From NCBI GenBank assembly GCA_029007825.1, contig JAQXIO010000067.1, positions 3,147 through 67,146 of the forward strand: a stretch of DNA of 64,000 nt, given 5' to 3'. Made by a program: the position numbers and the translations under genes. Below the pieces are notes generated by a model. It did not search any database, was not told the DNA's origin, and saw only the letters and a list, made by a program, of their open reading frames with translations. Positions 62,509 through 64,000 of this stretch are shown in pieces. Origin of the DNA: Bacteroidales bacterium (GTDB lineage: Bacteria; Bacteroidota; Bacteroidia; Bacteroidales; JAQXIO01). The number at the start of each line of letters is the position of its first letter. Positions within the stretch are counted from its first letter, which is position 1.

Positions 62509-64000
62509 ATGAACGTCAAACCATTTCTTTTGTGGCTGCTATGTTTCACATTGGCTGCGTGCAGCACGACCAAGTACGTGCCCGAAGGCCAGTTCCTGCT
62601 CGATAAGGTAAACCTCGAGATCGACGATAAAAGCGTCAACAAAAAAGACGTCCGTAACTCCATCCGGCAATTGCCCAACATGGAATTTTTAGGAATCGCC
62701 AAAACGACCCTGATGATCTACAGCCTCTCCAACCGCGACAGCTCCCGTTGGTTCAGCAAGCTGCTGCGGAAACTGGGCGATCCCCCCGTTATCCTCGACA
62801 CCACGCTCGTCGAACGTTCCAACCACGACCTCCGGCTCACCCTTATAAACAAAGGCTATACCGACGCAACCGTCTCGTCGGAAGTAAAAACGAAAAAGAA
62901 AAAAGCCGTCGTGACCTACACCGTCGAAGCCGGGTTGCCCTTCCGCATCCGGGAATACGGCCGCATCATCCCCGACACAGCCATCGCAAAAATCGTCGAA
63001 CGCGAAATGCAGCGCCCCCCACGAAACATCTTCAAATCACGAAGCAACACCTATAAAGGCACACTGATAAAACCCGGCGACCTCTTCGACCGGAATATAC
63101 TCGACGAAGAGCGCCAGCGCATAGCCTCCGGCCTCCGCAGGTCGGGCTACTACGGATTCGGCAAAAACAACCTCGGCTACCTCGCCGACACCACCGTAGC
63201 CTTCAAGGAAGCCGACATAACCCTCTATACCCAGCTTGCAAACGACTCCGTCCCCACCGAACAGTACAAAAAATACCGTATCGGACAAGTCTTTGTCTAT
63301 ACCGGCTTCGATCCCCTCACAAACCCCGAAAGCAACCCCGCCTCCATCCGCGACACCATACAATTCCGCAACATCAACATCGTACGCGGAAAAGGCGACC
63401 GCCTCCGCTCCAGCATACTCTGGCGCAACAACTACATCGAACCCGGCTCCCTTTACAACGAACGGCGCGTCGAACAAACCTATTCCGCCTATGCCGGGCT
63501 CCGTGCACTCAAAAGCTCCAACATCCGCTTCTCCGAATACATGGAAAACGACTCGGCAATGCTCAAATGCTCCATACTCACCATACCAGGCAAAAAAATG
63601 GGATTCGGGATCGACCTCGAAGGCACCAACACCGCCGGCGACCTCGGCGTCGCCTCCATCTTCACCTACCAGCACCGCAACCTCTTCAAAGGCTCTGAAG
63701 TGCTGGCACTGAAAGTGCGCGGCGCATACGAAGCAATCACCAGCAACGACATAAACAACTTCTTCGAGATAGGTGGCGAAGCAAGCATCAACATCCCCAC
63801 CGTAGTGTTCCCCTTCCTCTCGGCCAACACACGGAAAAGACTGAAAGCCTCTACCGAGTTCGCCATCAGCTACGATTACCAGACACGTCCCGAATACGAC
63901 CGCACCCTCACCTCCGGATCGTGGAAATACATCTGGCAAAACCGCTTTGCTACTGCCGACCGGCACACCTTCCGGCTGCTCGACATCGACTACGTGTACC
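62509..64000 (+). CDS. BamA/TamA (Omp85)-family outer-membrane protein, N-terminal ~497 aa (continues past right window edge)
   Basis: Not in ORF track (open at the edge). Manual translation from ATG 62509 gives MNVKPFLLWLLCFTLAACSTTKYVPEGQFLLDKVNLEIDDKSV... It has POTRA-like units (KAVVTYTVEAGLPFRIREY) then beta-barrel-like strands (MGFGIDLEGTNTAGDLGVASIFTYQHRNLFKG). No stop occurs up to 64000. Confidence 0.65.
   Translation, partial: MNVKPFLLWLLCFTLAACSTTKYVPEGQFLLDKVNLEIDDKSVNKKDVRNSIRQLPNMEFLGIAKTTLMIYSLSNRDSSRWFSKLLRKLGDPPVILDTTLVERSNHDLRLTLINKGYTDATVSSEVKTKKKKAVVTYTVEAGLPFRIREYGRIIPDTAIAKIVEREMQRPPRNIFKSRSNTYKGTLIKPGDLFDRNILDEERQRIASGLRRSGYYGFGKNNLGYLADTTVAFKEADITLYTQLANDSVPTEQYKKYRIGQVFVYTGFDPLTNPESNPASIRDTIQFRNINIVRGKGDRLRSSILWRNNYIEPGSLYNERRVEQTYSAYAGLRALKSSNIRFSEYMENDSAMLKCSILTIPGKKMGFGIDLEGTNTAGDLGVASIFTYQHRNLFKGSEVLALKVRGAYEAITSNDINNFFEIGGEASINIPTVVFPFLSANTRKRLKASTEFAISYDYQTRPEYDRTLTSGSWKYIWQNRFATADRHTFRLLDIDYVY

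Noticed and set aside
63037-63966. 309-aa minus-strand ORF and 62748-63056 plus-strand ORF near the right edge
   Set aside because: Both are superseded by the open-ended Omp85-family frame starting at 62509, which gives a far more protein-like translation.
1-64000. Scan for tRNA, rRNA, CRISPR arrays, IS elements
   Set aside because: No cloverleaf-like GTTCGAATC/T-loop contexts, no regularly spaced direct repeats, and no transposase-like ORFs with terminal inverted repeats were seen. The only tandem repeat is the 9-bp coding microsatellite at 17924.

Overview
Chromosomal segment of a Bacteroidota (Bacteroidales-like) genome. This is inferred from T9SS C-terminal sorting domains, TAnnTTTG -7 promoter boxes, a long type-2-like IleRS and the dksA-lspA-DUF4296 arrangement. 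Left to right: the edge of a phage-like regulatory module (CI-type XRE/S24 repressor with palindromic operators plus an HTH-less S24 paralog), an MFS transporter, an MBL-fold hydrolase and ileS. Then come small accessory genes, a T9SS trypsin-like protease flanked by duplication scars, and a membrane-anchored AraC regulator. Next are two tandem giant T9SS surface proteins (2509 and 3275 aa, about 17.4 kb), a persulfide reductase/thioredoxin/MarR operon, and dksA-lspA-DUF4296. A 10.8-kb island follows, bounded by a perfect 65-bp direct repeat derived from the 3-prime end of a TrmH-family methyltransferase gene. The island carries a visibly AT-rich five-gene minus-strand operon. Its genes are a radical SAM/SPASM maturase, a 62-aa Cys-rich precursor peptide, an M50 (site-2-protease-like) intramembrane metalloprotease with a PqqD/RRE-like N-terminal domain, a Wzy_C (O-antigen-ligase-like)+TPR membrane protein, and a plug-containing outer-membrane barrel. 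I regard this as a candidate uncharacterised RiPP biosynthesis/processing/export system and the main finding. The right end holds a small AT-rich two-gene insert, a TolC-RND-MFP efflux operon with a divergent AraC regulator, and a BamA/TamA-like gene running off the window edge. No rRNA, tRNA, CRISPR array, transposase or integrase was recognised. All family assignments rest on motifs read by eye, and no database search was run.
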